Positions 1 to 13,225 of a stretch of DNA of 64,000 bases are shown piece by piece. The DNA comes from Camelus ferus (lineage: Eukaryota). A program made the translations under genes and the position numbers. Below the pieces are notes generated by a model. The model did not search any database. It was not told the origin of the DNA and worked only from the letters and a program-made list of their open reading frames with translations. The stretch covers positions 28,274,001 through 28,338,000 of the forward strand of contig NC_045697.1 of the NCBI RefSeq assembly GCF_009834535.1, written 5' to 3'. Positions within the stretch are counted from its first letter, which is position 1; every line of letters begins with the position of its first letter.

Positions 1-47
1 ATTTTCAGGCTGGAAAATTCTTCCTGCTGTGTGGCCAGTATTCACGA
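1..47 (+). CDS. WDR19: WDR19 coding exon (3' part, ~exon 27); window starts inside it
   Basis: From base 3 reads FQAGKFFLLCGQYSR, then GTGAGT donor at 48; joins in frame to ALKHFLK of the next exon, as in the recalled WDR19 protein. Confidence 0.93.
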
Positions 48-1531
48 GTGAGTATTTGCCAGGAAAACATACTTTGGCCTCCACAGGAATAATTAGAGGA
101 AATATTTTAAAATACTTTATGCTCCCAGAGACCCAGATTTGAAATCTCAGAGTCAACCTTAAAATCTTCCCCTCTCTCCCCCTCTGGTCATGTTCTCCCT
201 AAATCTCTCTCACAGGTCTCGTTCTAATTACCATCGACTTAACTCGAACCTGGGTCACATCGCTTTAGATGATTGCAAAGTGGTTTCCTGTTTTCCTTGT
301 TTTTTAGTTTCTCTCTCTATAGCTCATCTCTTTCGTTTTGTCCCTTAAATGGTACTGACTTTGGTTGCTAAAGAGCCCCTAAAGCAGGCGCTTTGGTGTT
401 CAAGCAAGAAATGGAAACAGGTGAAGTTGTGGGCTAAGGCTGCGTGTTCATTGTGTGACAGGGCAGGGACAACTGGACGGCACCTGTCCTGTCTGAAGGG
501 AACAGCTGCTGCTCACCTCCAAAAAAGGGTTGCCCTTCAGGAGTTGGTGCCCACTGGTGCCAGACCATAGGATTTTTCACAAGAAATAAATGTCTGGGTC
601 TCCCAGTTTTAAAATATGGGCCCAGATATTTGTATAACATCTCACTGGCCAAAGAAACATGTCTATGTGAATTCAGCCTTCAGGCCACCAGTGTGCTGTT
701 CTGGCCTGTTAGAAACTGAGTCCAAGCTCCTTAGCAGGCAGGCGAGAGAATTTCCACAATTTGACAGACCAGCCTGAACATCCCAGTCTGGCATCTAGCT
801 TTTTTCACTGAAGAAGCCTACACTTCCACTAGCCTTCTTCCATCCATGGTCTTCCCCTGGACCCCTCCCGCCCTCTTCTCCGCCTCCACAGACCTGTTCA
901 CCTTCAAGTCCTTTTCCTCTGGGGTACCTTGGCATCATCCTCGTGTTCAATCATCTTTTCTTCCTCAGAGCACCTGTAAACCACCTGGCAGTACCACCCA
1001 TTTGTCTCTTAATCTCTATAACCTTAAACATACTCACAGGTGTGGTGGTGTGGTGCAAGGGTTAGACAACCATGGCTTAAAGTGATTGGCGTCTTCTATT
1101 ATCATCACATCACATGCATCTCCCCAGGTAAATTGTACAGGATACAGAAAGGTGGTCCATATAATATCCTTCCTGGTATTTTCCATAGCGTCTGGCACAG
1201 TCTCGTATTCAAAGCAGCAGATTGTCAGTAAATATTTGTTGAATGAATAAATGAATGAAAATAATTAAATCTTCCTACTAAAAGAGGGCATATTTTTCGC
1301 TCTGATTTCTTTCAAAACCAGAACTAGATTCTTCAGAGGGTCAGCTGGATCCTACCACTTTTTAAACTACACTCAGCCTTTTAAGTATTTAAGACCCAGC
1401 ACTGTGCAAGCCCCTGGTTGAGATGAAGATACTTTCACAAACTACAATTACTTTGTGTGTGTGAAAGCTTTGTTTTTCCCAATGTGAAGGCAATCTGAAA
1501 ATTTTTCATTATTATATAATTCTCATTTCAG

Positions 1532-1600
1532 GCACTTAAACACTTCCTAAAATGTCCAAGCTCAGAGGATAATGCAGCAATAGAAATGGCAATTGAAACT
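1532..1600 (+). CDS. WDR19: WDR19 coding exon (~28)
   Basis: tttcag acceptor; [23 protein letters not shown]; gtaagt donor; 69 nt, phase 0-0. Confidence 0.96.
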
Positions 1601-1659
1601 GTAAGTAAACTCTGTACTGAAACTTTCAAGAATGCTAATTTTTTAAAAACCTTTTGAAG

Positions 1660-3700
1660 AAAATTCCAAATATTTACAAAAGTAGACCAAACAGTATAAC
1701 AAACTCCCATGTACCCATCTTCTCATTTCAACAGCTGTCAAAGCATGGCCAGTCTTATTTTACTCACCCCCACCCTTTTTCCCTGTATTATTTTAAAGCA
1801 AATTACAGACATCATGTCATTTCATTTGTGGTTCAAAATCTATCTCTAAAATAAGAACCTTGGGATTTTCTTTTAGGTGTAACTTGCATACAGTAAAATG
1901 CATGAATCCTAAGTATACAACTCAGTTTTTTCATGTATGTACACCTGTGTAACCCCTACCCAGATCAAGAGAGAGAACATTTCCAGCTCCCCAGAAGGCC
2001 CACTCATGATGCCTCCAAATCAGTGCCCCCCACCAAGGGTAACAGCACTTCTGACTTCTTACAGATTGGTTTTACATGTTTATGAATTTCATATAAATAG
2101 AGTCATACATATGTTCTCTTTTGTGTATAATTTCTTTCGGTCAGCATTAAATCTGTGAAGGCATCTGTGGTATTCATGTAGCAATAGTTCATTCTTATTC
2201 ATGGCTGTGTAGTATTCCGCCATGTGACTGTCACAATTTATTTACCCATTACTCTGTTAATGGACACTTGGGTTGTCTCAGTTTGCACATATTACAAATA
2301 AAGTTGCCATCGGAGCCATTCGTGTCTTTTGGTGGACATAAGCATTCAGTTTTTTTGGGTATGTATCCAGGAGTTAGAATTATTAGGTCATAGGGTGTAC
2401 ATATTTTCAGCAATAGTAGGTACTGCCCAACATCTTTTCAAAGCAGCTGTGCCAGTTTCACTCTACCAACAACGTAAAGAATGTAGTTGCTCCCCATCTT
2501 CACCAGCACTTCTCAGTCTCCTTCATTGTAACTAAGCTGATAGATGTGTGGTGGTCTCTCATTGTGGTCCTAATTCGTTTTTCTAAAGAATAATGATATT
2601 GAGCACCTCTTCATATGTTCATTGACCATTTGAATATCCTCTTTTTATAAAGTTCTGTTCAGTCTTGTTTCTGATTTTTAATTGTATCGTCTCGTCTTAT
2701 CCTTCCTGATTTATAGGACTGAATTATATATTCTGGATACAGACCTTTTCATCAGACATACATGCCTTGTGAAAATCTCTCAAGCTGTGGCTTGCCTTTT
2801 AATTCTCTAGTGCTATCTTGATGAAAAGAAGTTCTTAACATTTAGTAAAGACAAGCTTATGAATCTTTTCTTTTATGGTTAGTCCTTTTTTGTCCTCTTA
2901 AGAAATCTTTGTCTATCCCATGGTTGTGCAGACATTTCTCTTATGTTCTCTTCACGTAATTTGGTTGTTTTAGCCTTCTTGTGTAGGCCTATGCCTAAAT
3001 CCAAAGATTCTTATCTTTTGTGTATGTATGAAGTAGGAGTCAAGAATCTTTCTTTTCCATATGACTATCCAGTTAATCCAGCACCATTTATCAAAAGACT
3101 GCCCTTCCCCCTACTGAATTCCTATGGAGCATTTGTCATAGATGAAATGATCAGGTATGTGTGAGTCCGGTTTTGGGCTCTTTATTCTCTTGTATTAATT
3201 TATTTGTCTAGCCTGTACTAATACCACACTATCTTAATTACTGTATATATGTCTTATATTTCTACATCTATGGAATTGCCTATTCTAGACATTTTGTGTC
3301 AGTGGAACTATATGATGTGACCTTTTTGTGTCTGGTTTCTTTCATTTAGCATAATGTTTTCAAGGTTCATCTGTGTTGTAACATGTACTTTAGCCCTCTT
3401 ATGTGTATACACATTGTGTGTATCTATTCATCAGTTGATAACACATTTGGGTTGTTTTCACTTTGGGGCTTTTATGAATAATGCTGCCATGAACATTTGT
3501 GTACAAGTTTTCACATGGACATGTGTTTTCATGTCTCCTGGGTATATACCTAGGAGTAGAATTGCTAGGCCATATATTAAGTTTATGTTTAACATTTTGA
3601 GGAACTGCCCAGCTGTTTCCCAAAGCAGCTACACTATTTTACATTCCCAGCAACAGTGTATTGGGGTTCCAGATTCTACAACAATAATTTGATATTGTCA
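1660..3700 (-). mobile_element. Old degenerate L1 (L1M-type) 3' fragments; boundaries approximate
   Basis: Typical antisense L1 3' sequence; ORF 3399..3623(-) resembles ORF2 C-terminal remnants. Confidence 0.75.
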
Positions 3701-3894
3701 AACATCTAGTTAAAGTACAACTTTCCCTAACTGTTACATAAATGCTTTTTCACAGTTGGTTAGTTCACATCATATCCAGATAAGGTCCTTGCATTGTACT
3801 TAGTTTATATATGCCTTAAGTCTCTTCTATCAAAAGACTGTTCCTTCCCCATCTCCTCCTCTCTTTTCTTCCCCTTCTTCCTCCTCCTCTCTTC

Positions 3895-4800
3895 ATTTTT
3901 TTTTCATTTTCTTTATATTTTTATTGAAGTATAGTTGATTTACAATGTTGTGTTAATTTCTGGTGTACAGCACAGTGATTCATTTATACATATATATTCC
4001 TTTTCATATTCTTTTTCAGTATAGATCATTACAAGGTATTGAATATAGTTCCCTGTGCTATACAGTAGGATCTCGTTGTGTATCTATTTTATATGTAGTA
4101 GTTAGTATCTGTAAACCTCAAACTCCCAATTTATCCCTTCCCCACTGGTAACCATAAGTTGTCTTCTATGTTTGTGAGTCTGTCTCTGTTTTAGAAATAA
4201 GTTCATTTGTGTCCCTTTCTTTTTTTAGATTCCACATGTAAGTAATATCATATGGTATTTTTCTTTCTCTCTGTGGCTTATTTCACCTAGTATGATGATC
4301 TCCAGGTCCACTCATATTGCTGCAAATGGCATTATTTTATTCTTTTTATGGCTGAGTAATATTCCATTGTATAACTATACCACAACTTCTTTATCCAGTC
4401 ATCTGTTGATGGACATTTAGGTTATTTCCACATCTTGGCTATTGTAAATAGTGCTGCTGTGAACATTGGGGTGCATGTATCTTTTCAAATTAGAGTTCCC
4501 TCCAGATATATGCCCAGGAGTGGGATTGCTGGATCACATGGTAAATCTAATTTTGGTTTTTTAAGGAATCTCCCTGCTGTTTCCCATAACAGCTGCACCA
4601 AACTACATTGCCATGAACAGTGTAGGAGGATTTTCTTTTCTCCACAACTTCTCCAGCATTTATTATTTGTGGACTTTTCAACAATGGTCATTCTGACTAA
4701 TGTGAGGTGATAACCCATTGTAGTTTTGATTTGCATTTCTCTGACAACTAGCAATATTGAGCCTTTTTTCATGTGCCTGTTGGCCATTTGTATGTCTTCT
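3895..4800 (-). mobile_element. 5'-truncated younger L1 (ORF2 C-terminus + 3' UTR + poly-A)
   Basis: ORF 4485..4787(-) [12 protein letters not shown]...KCWRSCGEK...[13 protein letters not shown] matches the L1 ORF2 Cys-rich C-terminus; T-rich tail and tttatt at ~3900-3925. Confidence 0.88.
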
Positions 4801-5127
4801 TTTTCCTCTTCTCTTCCTCCCTTTCCTTCCTCTCCTCCTCCTTCTCCTTTATTTCTTCTCCCCTCTCCCCTTTCACTTTACCTTCATTGTTTTTTTTTGT
4901 TAAGAAAATGAGTTATTTGTCCTGAGGAATTCCTGACATTTAGAGTTAACTGATTGCACCCTGTTAAATCTGATTGTGGTATAATTTATCTTGTTTCTCT
5001 GTTGCCTGTATTTCCAACCAACTAGTAACCAAATCTATATGTTTAATTAGACATAGATTTTATATTTTTGGAAAAAACTACTTCATAGATGATGCCATGT
5101 ACTTATTTCATCACATCAGTAGCCCCA

Positions 5128-5509
5128 TGTCTTAGTTCAGGCTGCCATAACAAAATACCACAGACTGGGTGGCTTAAACAACAGAAACGATTTCTCCCAG
5201 TTCTGGAGGCTGAGAAGTCTAAGATTAAGGCACCAGCCTGGTGAGGGCTCTCTTCCTCGCTTGCAGATGGCCACCTTCTTGCTATGTCCTCAAACAGCCT
5301 TTCCTTGGTACTTTCTAATGGAAAGAAAGGGGATCTCTCTTGCTTCCTCTTCTTATAAAATCACTAATCCTATCATGAGGGCCCTAACTTCATAACCTAA
5401 TCTAACCCTGATTACCTCCCAGAGGCCTCAACTTCAAATACCATCACTTTAGCAGTTCGAGCTTCAACATACGAAGAGGAGTTGGGGGATCAGCTTTCAG
5501 TCCATAACA
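5128..5509 (-). mobile_element. Solo MaLR LTR (MLT1A-like)
   Basis: TG...CA termini (tgtcttagt...ccataaca), ~380 bp, near-identical 5-bp flanks cccca/gccca. Confidence 0.82.
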
Positions 5510-8391
5510 GCCCATTTTTATTGCCTCTCTTTTTATGGTGTTAAGGTTGATTATTGGGTGTAGGTGTGATCAGCCTGATCCATTCGTTACAAGGTTTCCC
5601 ATAAAGCTGTCACCTAATGATTTCAGCACCAATTATGTTTATTACCTAGATCCATTTTTTCACTTGGAGTTACAAAATGGTGTTCTAATTCTGTCACTCC
5701 TCTTGAACTCCATATCAGCTATTTGGTTACTCTGAAAAGGGAATATAGGGTAAATACTTGAGGGTTTTTTTTCATTTTATTTACTAGTTTTCAGAATAAT
5801 ACGTTAGTTCCCTGACATCCTCCAAAAGTGACTGATGAGGTGCTTTTGTTTTTAATATCATTATGAGCTCATAGATTTTTAGCTTATTTGATATATTTTA
5901 ATTCATTGCAGTTGATATTATTTTTGAGTCCCAGATTATTCCTTTACATTGAGTATTTTTTTTTCTGTCTGACACAATCCTATTTGTCTTTGAATCTTCC
6001 TTGCATTCAGGTACAAGATATTACAGATTTCATTTCTTGCCCCAGTCCTGGAACCAACCATTTCTCTAAAGGGTTCTGTATCTTTTTAGTGAAAAATATT
6101 AGTTACAGATTATAATTTGGGTCCTAAGAATATTCACTGCTACTGAGCTGATCATTGTTTCTAAGCTTTTTCAGTAAGAATGTTGACATTTTTATTGTGA
6201 CACAAAAAATTAGTATTAATTTTCTAAAAGTATCTGAATTCGAAGCTGCAGGGGAATTATTAAAGAGAAGAAATTATTCTTTGGCTGTTCTCAAAAGGCT
6301 ATTATTTAAAAAAAAATTTACTTGCTTTTCTCTGCACATCTGCAATATTTTCTAAGACCTACTTCCTCCAGGAAGCCAGAATCAAAACTTGCAGCAGTTC
6401 CCAGGAGTACATCCCCCACGTTCCCTCCCGAAGAGAGACTGGGACTCTGGTCCCAAATTCATAAATCCAGAAGGGCTCTGACTTGGTCAGTTTAGGTGTT
6501 CATTCCAGGATCAATCAACTGGTGGCCCCAGCGATGGAATATCATGCCTGGGTAAATTGGGTCAAATTCCCACCCCTAGACACTCTGGCCTCTGTGGCCA
6601 TGGAGGTGCGGGTCCTCTAAGATACAGAAGTCCCACTGGAACCCCATGGTTGAGATGGAGGCTGGAGCATTTCTCAGAATAGTGGAAGGGATCAACATCA
6701 GACAAAACTATTGCTGTCCCTTGCAACTGTCAAATTTCTCTCCTCTCATTAGTTAGTATTTTTTAATGCTACACCACACATTTTGTAAAAATTTTGTTAA
6801 GATCAGGGACATGTAGTCTTTAAAATTAGTATATTTGTATTCTTAATCCATTACCAAGATTACTTCATTCAGACAAGTCCATTCTGAACTTCACTCCTGG
6901 ATAATTTTTCTGAAGTCCAATTTTGAATCATCTTATTCTCCAGCTCCCATTGCTTCATTATTTATTCCCTGACCATCCTTCATGGATCACACACAGAGTC
7001 TGATATCCTTGGAGGTGATCCAGGCTAACCTCCATTTTACTGATAAGGAAACTGAGGTCCCAGAAGATATATATGACCAACCTAAAGACGCCCAAATAGA
7101 GAGGCAAAGAGCTAGGACTAAAACCAAAGTCTTTTTTACAGCCAAACCATCTTATTACACTCCTAGGTCAGTGGTCTGTGCTACAGCTAACCTGGCCACT
7201 TTGACCTGCGTAGTTCAGGGCTCCCTTCCTTTGTTTCTTCACTCTCACTGTTACCAGACCCAGAACACCCTCCCTCCTACACCCCTGCCCTTCAAACTCC
7301 CACTCACCATGTGGGACCCTCTTCGCATACCCCTTCCTATAAAGCTTTTCCTGAACTAGCCTCATTTAATCCTTATAACAACTTTGTGAGTTATGTCTTA
7401 TTTTTATCCTCTTTGAGGTCCCAAGAGTGACCCGCTCTGGATCACACAGGTGATCTTTGACCTCAGACAGGCTGGCTCTTCCCCATATGGGCTTATTCAC
7501 CCAAAGCCATGCCCAAAAGCCATCCAGATGACGAGCTCTGCCATTTCTCTTCCTTCCTCATAGCAGTGGCAAGATCAGAGGCAACAGATGGGTCAAAGCT
7601 TAGCTTTCTTGCACCGACAATGACCATGGTCAGCGGACTGTGTAGAAATTCTGCAGCCCGAGAGCCTCTGCACCCCACGGGCTCACAATCACCTCGTCTG
7701 TGCTCAAGTCTAGTGACCCTGTCCTTCTGCTAGTGCACAAAGGACTTCTGAACTACTTCTTAGACTTCCCCTGGGTGTTGCTCTGTCCCTAATGAGTTTC
7801 CTTCCTTTTCCAGTGGCTTTTCTCACTACATCACTAATATGACAAGAGGGCAGTGCTGTTCTGTTCAGTGTTCTTCCTCTTGGTTGAGCTCCAGTTGGGT
7901 TCTTGGCTCACCTCTTTTTTATAGACATGAGACACTTAAGCCTCTTAATCTTGTCAGTAATTATTTCTACTAACTAAAGCTAACACATTTTCATCCTCTC
8001 ATATAGTAAATAATTTTCCTGATCAATACCACCCAACAGGGGAGTGATTTATGGAGGTGACTTTACGATGACCCTCAAATCTGAATTTCCAGACCAGAGT
8101 CCTCTCCAGAACGTCATATTTCCAGCTGCCTGTCCTCTTCTGGGATCCTCTGGCCATACTTTTGTCTTCATTTTTGATTACACTTAGCCTTGTGTACAAA
8201 CACATTTCCTCAGGAAGCCCTGGAAATGAGGTGCTCAGCTGCACAGTTTGTATGAGGCCCAGGATGTTATTCTGTCACAGTCACTTAAGAAAGTTTTTAT
8301 TGAAACATCCAAGAAGCATATTCTCTCTGTGTGTGAAAAAAAGAATACTACTACAGCATTTTGATATAAAAAGCTATAGCTTCTAAGGATG

Positions 8392-8540
8392 GATTTTTTA
8401 TAATTTTTTTCTTTTGGGGGGTAATTAGGTTTATGTATTCATTTATTTTAATTTTTTTTTTTAATGGAGGTACTGGGGATTGAACCCAGGACCTCGTGCC
8501 TGGTAAGCATGCACTCTACCACTGAGCTATACCCTCCGCC
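8392..8540 (-). mobile_element. tRNA-derived SINE (camelid-like) with 18-bp TSD
   Basis: Reverse complement has A box (TAGCTCAGTGG), B box (GGTTCAATCCC) and an A-rich tail; ctatagcttctaaggatg is repeated at 8374-8391 and 8541-8558. Confidence 0.9.
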
Positions 8541-8749
8541 CTATAGCTTCTAAGGATGAGTTTTCATTACTGGAGACTATAAATGAATGAAGACAGACCC
8601 TGAGCTTACATCATGTTTCAGGCACTTGACTCTAGGTATTTTTACATATTTTTAAAATTCCACCTCCTCAGCAGATTATTTGTCCTCCCCCTCCCCCCCT
8701 TTCTAGGTTTAAGATGCTGAACTTACTGTTTCTTTCTCTTCCTAAACAG

Positions 8750-8827
8750 GTTGGTCAGGCCAAAGATGAGCTGCTGACCAGTCAACTGATAGACCACCTT
8801 ATGGGGGAGAGTGATGGCATGCCTAAG
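8750..8827 (+). CDS. WDR19: WDR19 coding exon (~29)
   Basis: Pyrimidine tract + aaacag; [26 protein letters not shown]; gtac donor; 78 nt. Confidence 0.96.
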
Positions 8828-9393
8828 GTACTAAGGTGTTTTCTCCACTGGGGTATTTAAGTATCTTAGTAACAGTTTTACTTTGTTCTGCTGTGTTTTT
8901 ATTTATTACAGATTTTGCATCATAGACTTACAAAATTTTCTCTCTAGATGCAGCCTTAGGTCATCTGCACGGAACCTGCATTTTAGATACTGTGTACATT
9001 CATTCTTTGCACTTGGCCTTGCCCCCTGTGAATTAGCCATACCCCTCGGGGTATCAGTCCTTACCACTCACAGTTTTTATCAACTGTTATATTTATTTAT
9101 TCTAGGAATCATGAACATGATTATTAGAATTATGAGTTAGCAGTAATCCCTAAAAATCAGTGTACTTTGTTCACATTTCAAAAATTATGGAAATTAATAA
9201 AAATCCTATCTACCATAAAACCCACTATAAAGTAGAAATTATTAAGAACATATTTGCAAAATATGTGATTCTCTGGGATTTTGTGCAGAGGTTGGTCTTC
9301 TCTTAGTCCTGATGAAGGCAGACTCCTTTGACAATGCCCTCAGAGCCTTTTTCCCCTTCTGCTTTGGTGTCTGCTTGTGAAGGAATTGGAGTA

Positions 9394-9621
9394 CAGCTGA
9401 CCTTTGAATGATATGGGTCTGAGCTGAGCAGGTCCGCTTATACATGGATTTTTTTCAATAGTGAATACTGTATACAATATTTACTGCATGATCCCAGGTT
9501 GGTTGAATCCGCAGATACAGAGGAAGTGTGGATACAGAAGGCTGACTATAAATTAAATACTAACTTTCAACTGTGTGGAGGGTCGGAGCCCCTAACCCTA
9601 GTGATGCTCAAAGGTCAACTG
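9394..9621. mobile_element. Non-autonomous Tigger/TcMar DNA transposon (MER8-like)
   Basis: TIRs cagctgacctttgaa / ctcaaaggtcaactg, flanked by TA on both sides; 228 bp. Confidence 0.85.
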
Positions 9622-10349
9622 TAATTGATTTGTCTACAAAGTGCTGGAATGTCATAGCTGGAGTGGATTGTAGCCATCCTGATCCCTGAGTCCACTTCCT
9701 GTATTTTACAGATAAAGACACTGAGACCCAGGGAGGCTAAGTTAACCTGCAGAAGTGCACAGCACATTAAACTGTGCCAAACCCCCTCATCTTATGTCCA
9801 CTGATTCAAATAATCAGAAAACCAGCCTCAACTATGTGAAATTGTTTAGAGTTGAAGAAAACAGGAATGGAAAGTGAGCCAAAAAAAATTTTATAGGCCA
9901 GAGAAATTTATGTAGGTGTAAAAATTTTTGAAATTTTGCCAAGTTAGTATATGGTATAAGAAACTTTCCATTTCAAGTACATGAGAACTCTGGGGAGTGG
10001 GGTTAGGAACACGGACTCTGAAGCCAGACCATTGTGGTTCAGATCCTGGCTCTGGAAAGGTCCTGGGGTGTTTCAGTTTCTCATCAATGAAATTAGTATA
10101 TAATCATACCTTTGTCCTGGAGGATTTAAACAAGTTATTTCTTAAGTATTTAGAATACTACCTGGCACATGCTAAACCCTGAATAGTTGATACTTGATAA
10201 ATAATTCTTTATTCATTGGCTTTTTAAAAATAGTATCAACACTTAGTTACTAGAAAGTGAATGTGATTCTAACTAAAAGGCAAATTTTTAGGTGTTTCTC
10301 CCCTTAGCTAATGAAGAAAGTGATGTTTCTCTAATGATTTGTGTGTCAG

Positions 10350-10446
10350 GATGCCAAGTACCTGTTCCGCCTGTACATGGCCCTGGAGCAGTACCGAGAA
10401 GCCGCCCGCACCGCCATCATCATCGCCAGGGAAGAGCAGTCTGCAG
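10350..10446 (+). CDS. WDR19: WDR19 coding exon (~30)
   Basis: tgtcag acceptor; [32 protein letters not shown]+G; gtgggg donor; 97 nt. Confidence 0.96.
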
Positions 10447-11957
10447 GTGGGGTTCATGCTCTTCTCCCCAACATTCATGCTTTTCTCCCCAAACAGATAG
10501 TAGAATCGAGCTCCAGCTCGTTCTCTGCCTGGTTCTAATCTAGGCTTGCTTTGAACGCAGAAGACTAGGGGGATGGCCATTTCTAGGTTTCAGAGAAGGA
10601 AAATAATTCACCACCACAGGAGGACGTAGAACAACTCCACTGAGGGCTTCTCAGGTTAGGAGCTAGTTCCTCTCCTCCTCCGTGGCCTCGGTTTCTGTCT
10701 CCTGGATGACGACCCTGACCTCTCCAGCCTGCAGCACACCCCCACCCACCCGCCCCCACTTGCACAGCACTTTTCCATCCATCCCAGGTATTTGGCTTTA
10801 AGAATATAGAAGATACTAGAAGATGGAAGACAACGTGGTGGTATTATTAATCTTGTTCTTTATAACATGCATGGGCTATTTATCGAGTCTCTAGAATGGT
10901 TCTGTTCACTTCTATGATCTGTAAATATCTCTTGAAAAAGTCAGAGAATTAGTCTGATAGCTTCACTAATTTTCGCAAGCTGATTCTTTTAGATATTCAT
11001 TAAGTGTGGAATAGTTTTGGAAAATGTGGAATGAAATAAGTCATTCTTTATTCAGCTATGTTTATCTAACACCTACCACCTCTCAGACATGTGGTAGGAG
11101 CTCAGGACTCAGCGGACTGAGCCGTGGTCCTGCCCTCAAGGATTCTGGATGTGATGGGAAAGACAGAAGTAAATCCATGTTGCTATACAGGGTGAGAAGT
11201 GCCAGAGTAGAAAGAAATACATTAGAAAGTCACCAGGAAAGGGGATCCACCCCATCCTGAGGGTTGGAGGTGGGGAAGGTGGAGGATGGAGGTGAGACCA
11301 GACAACGAGAGCTTCAGCTGAGCTGAAAGGATGAGCCAGCAGGAGCTGAGGGAGAAGGGGGTGTGCGGGGAAAGAACACACATGCTTGGAGGGACGTTGC
11401 GACACTGACTGTGACTGAGCAGGAGGGGAGGCAAAAGGTAAGGTTAGAAAGGTAGACAGGCAGTCCTGAAGCTCAAGTCCTCTGCTCTGAAGTTCGCACT
11501 TGATCCCTATGGCCATGGGAGGGTTTTATTGAGGGGTGTAACCTTGAGGTCTGGGGGCCTCAGGCAAGGCTTGAGTGTGTACAAGAACACTCCGACATCA
11601 GATGGAGGCAGACGAAGTTCAGAAGGAATACTGATTGGTACACTCACTAACTGCAGAGAGATGTCAAGAAGCACTGACAGTGGGCCTGCGGGAGGAGCTG
11701 AATTTGGGAGACTTAGGAGGTAGACTCAGAACTCGAGGACCAGTTGAACTTTGGGCCAAATGGGTGCCCTGAGAAAGAGTGAGCTGTCTAGGCCAACGCC
11801 ATCATTTTCTCCCTGAGGGACTGTCAATTACAGCAGGAAAACTACCAAGTTACTTTATATAAGAAATTATTAAGATATTGCTAGTAACACGATTAACAAA
11901 ATCCACCTGTAAAATGGGGGCCCACAGAAAGTCCTCAGATTTCCTCCTTTGCAGTAA

Positions 11958-12194
<237 letters not shown>

Positions 12195-13049
12195 TAGAGC
12201 CATTTCCTGGATCTCTGTATTGTTAAATAAAAAAACCAAGATACAATATGCCAAAAAAAAAAAAAATACTAGCAAAAGTAGTTTCCTAAAGGGATCGTGG
12301 CGTGGGGCAGAGGAGGCGTGGCGCCAAACCCAGTCAGGGGAGACGGGGGAGAGCAGGTTTCTCCGTATAGTGTATCTTTTTACATTGTTTTGATTTTGAA
12401 GCATATAAATGTATTACCTGGTCAAAAAAAGATTTATTTAAAACATTTTTGTTTTAAATAATAAAACCAGAGCTTCCTAGTTTATTAATTCTAAGATGGT
12501 GGATTATTACATAATTCCACTGTGTTTTCATACTATTTAGTTTCCATCTCAATATAAAAATAATACATATTCACTGAGAAAAAAAGTCTAATGAAAAAAT
12601 AATATGCCCTTTGTCCATCAGCAGATATAACAGTTGTTAATACTATGTTATATATATCCTCCATACTTCTAAAATACATGTGTGCACTCTTTATTAATTT
12701 TTTTACCACATTAGGATTATATTTATGTCCGGTTGTCTATTGCATTTTTTAATCAGTAATTTTCAATAAAAAACAAAATAGAGCATGTGAACCTGAAATA
12801 CTTCTATGTACAATTTACATAAACTATAAAATGTTACATAAATATTTATATATACACACATATCTTTGTAAAGATACAGGCAGATTCTAACTTACATATT
12901 TTCCAAATTTTCATTTATGTCAAAGTACATCTTCCCATATTAATGCTAAGTTGGTTTTCAGGCCAGTCCACAAGAGCGTATTTAATTTTGAAGCTTCCGA
13001 GGTTACAGCCATCACATTATGAGTGACTTAGATCCTAATTCTGGTCTAA

Positions 13050-13225
13050 AACAGCACTGGCCAGTGAGCTTTCTGCAGTAATACGAGTGTTCTGTATCCA
13101 CTAGCCTGGCTATGGAGCACTTGAAATACAGATAGTGCAACTGATAAACTAAATTTTAAATTTTATATAATCTTAATTTTTAAATTTAAACAGCCACACC
13201 TGACTAGTGGCTACCTATCATATTG
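13050..13225. mobile_element. hAT-Charlie relic (MER3-like)
   Basis: tggctatggagcacttgaaat, AT-rich core, then cagccacacctgactagtggctacc. Confidence 0.7.
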
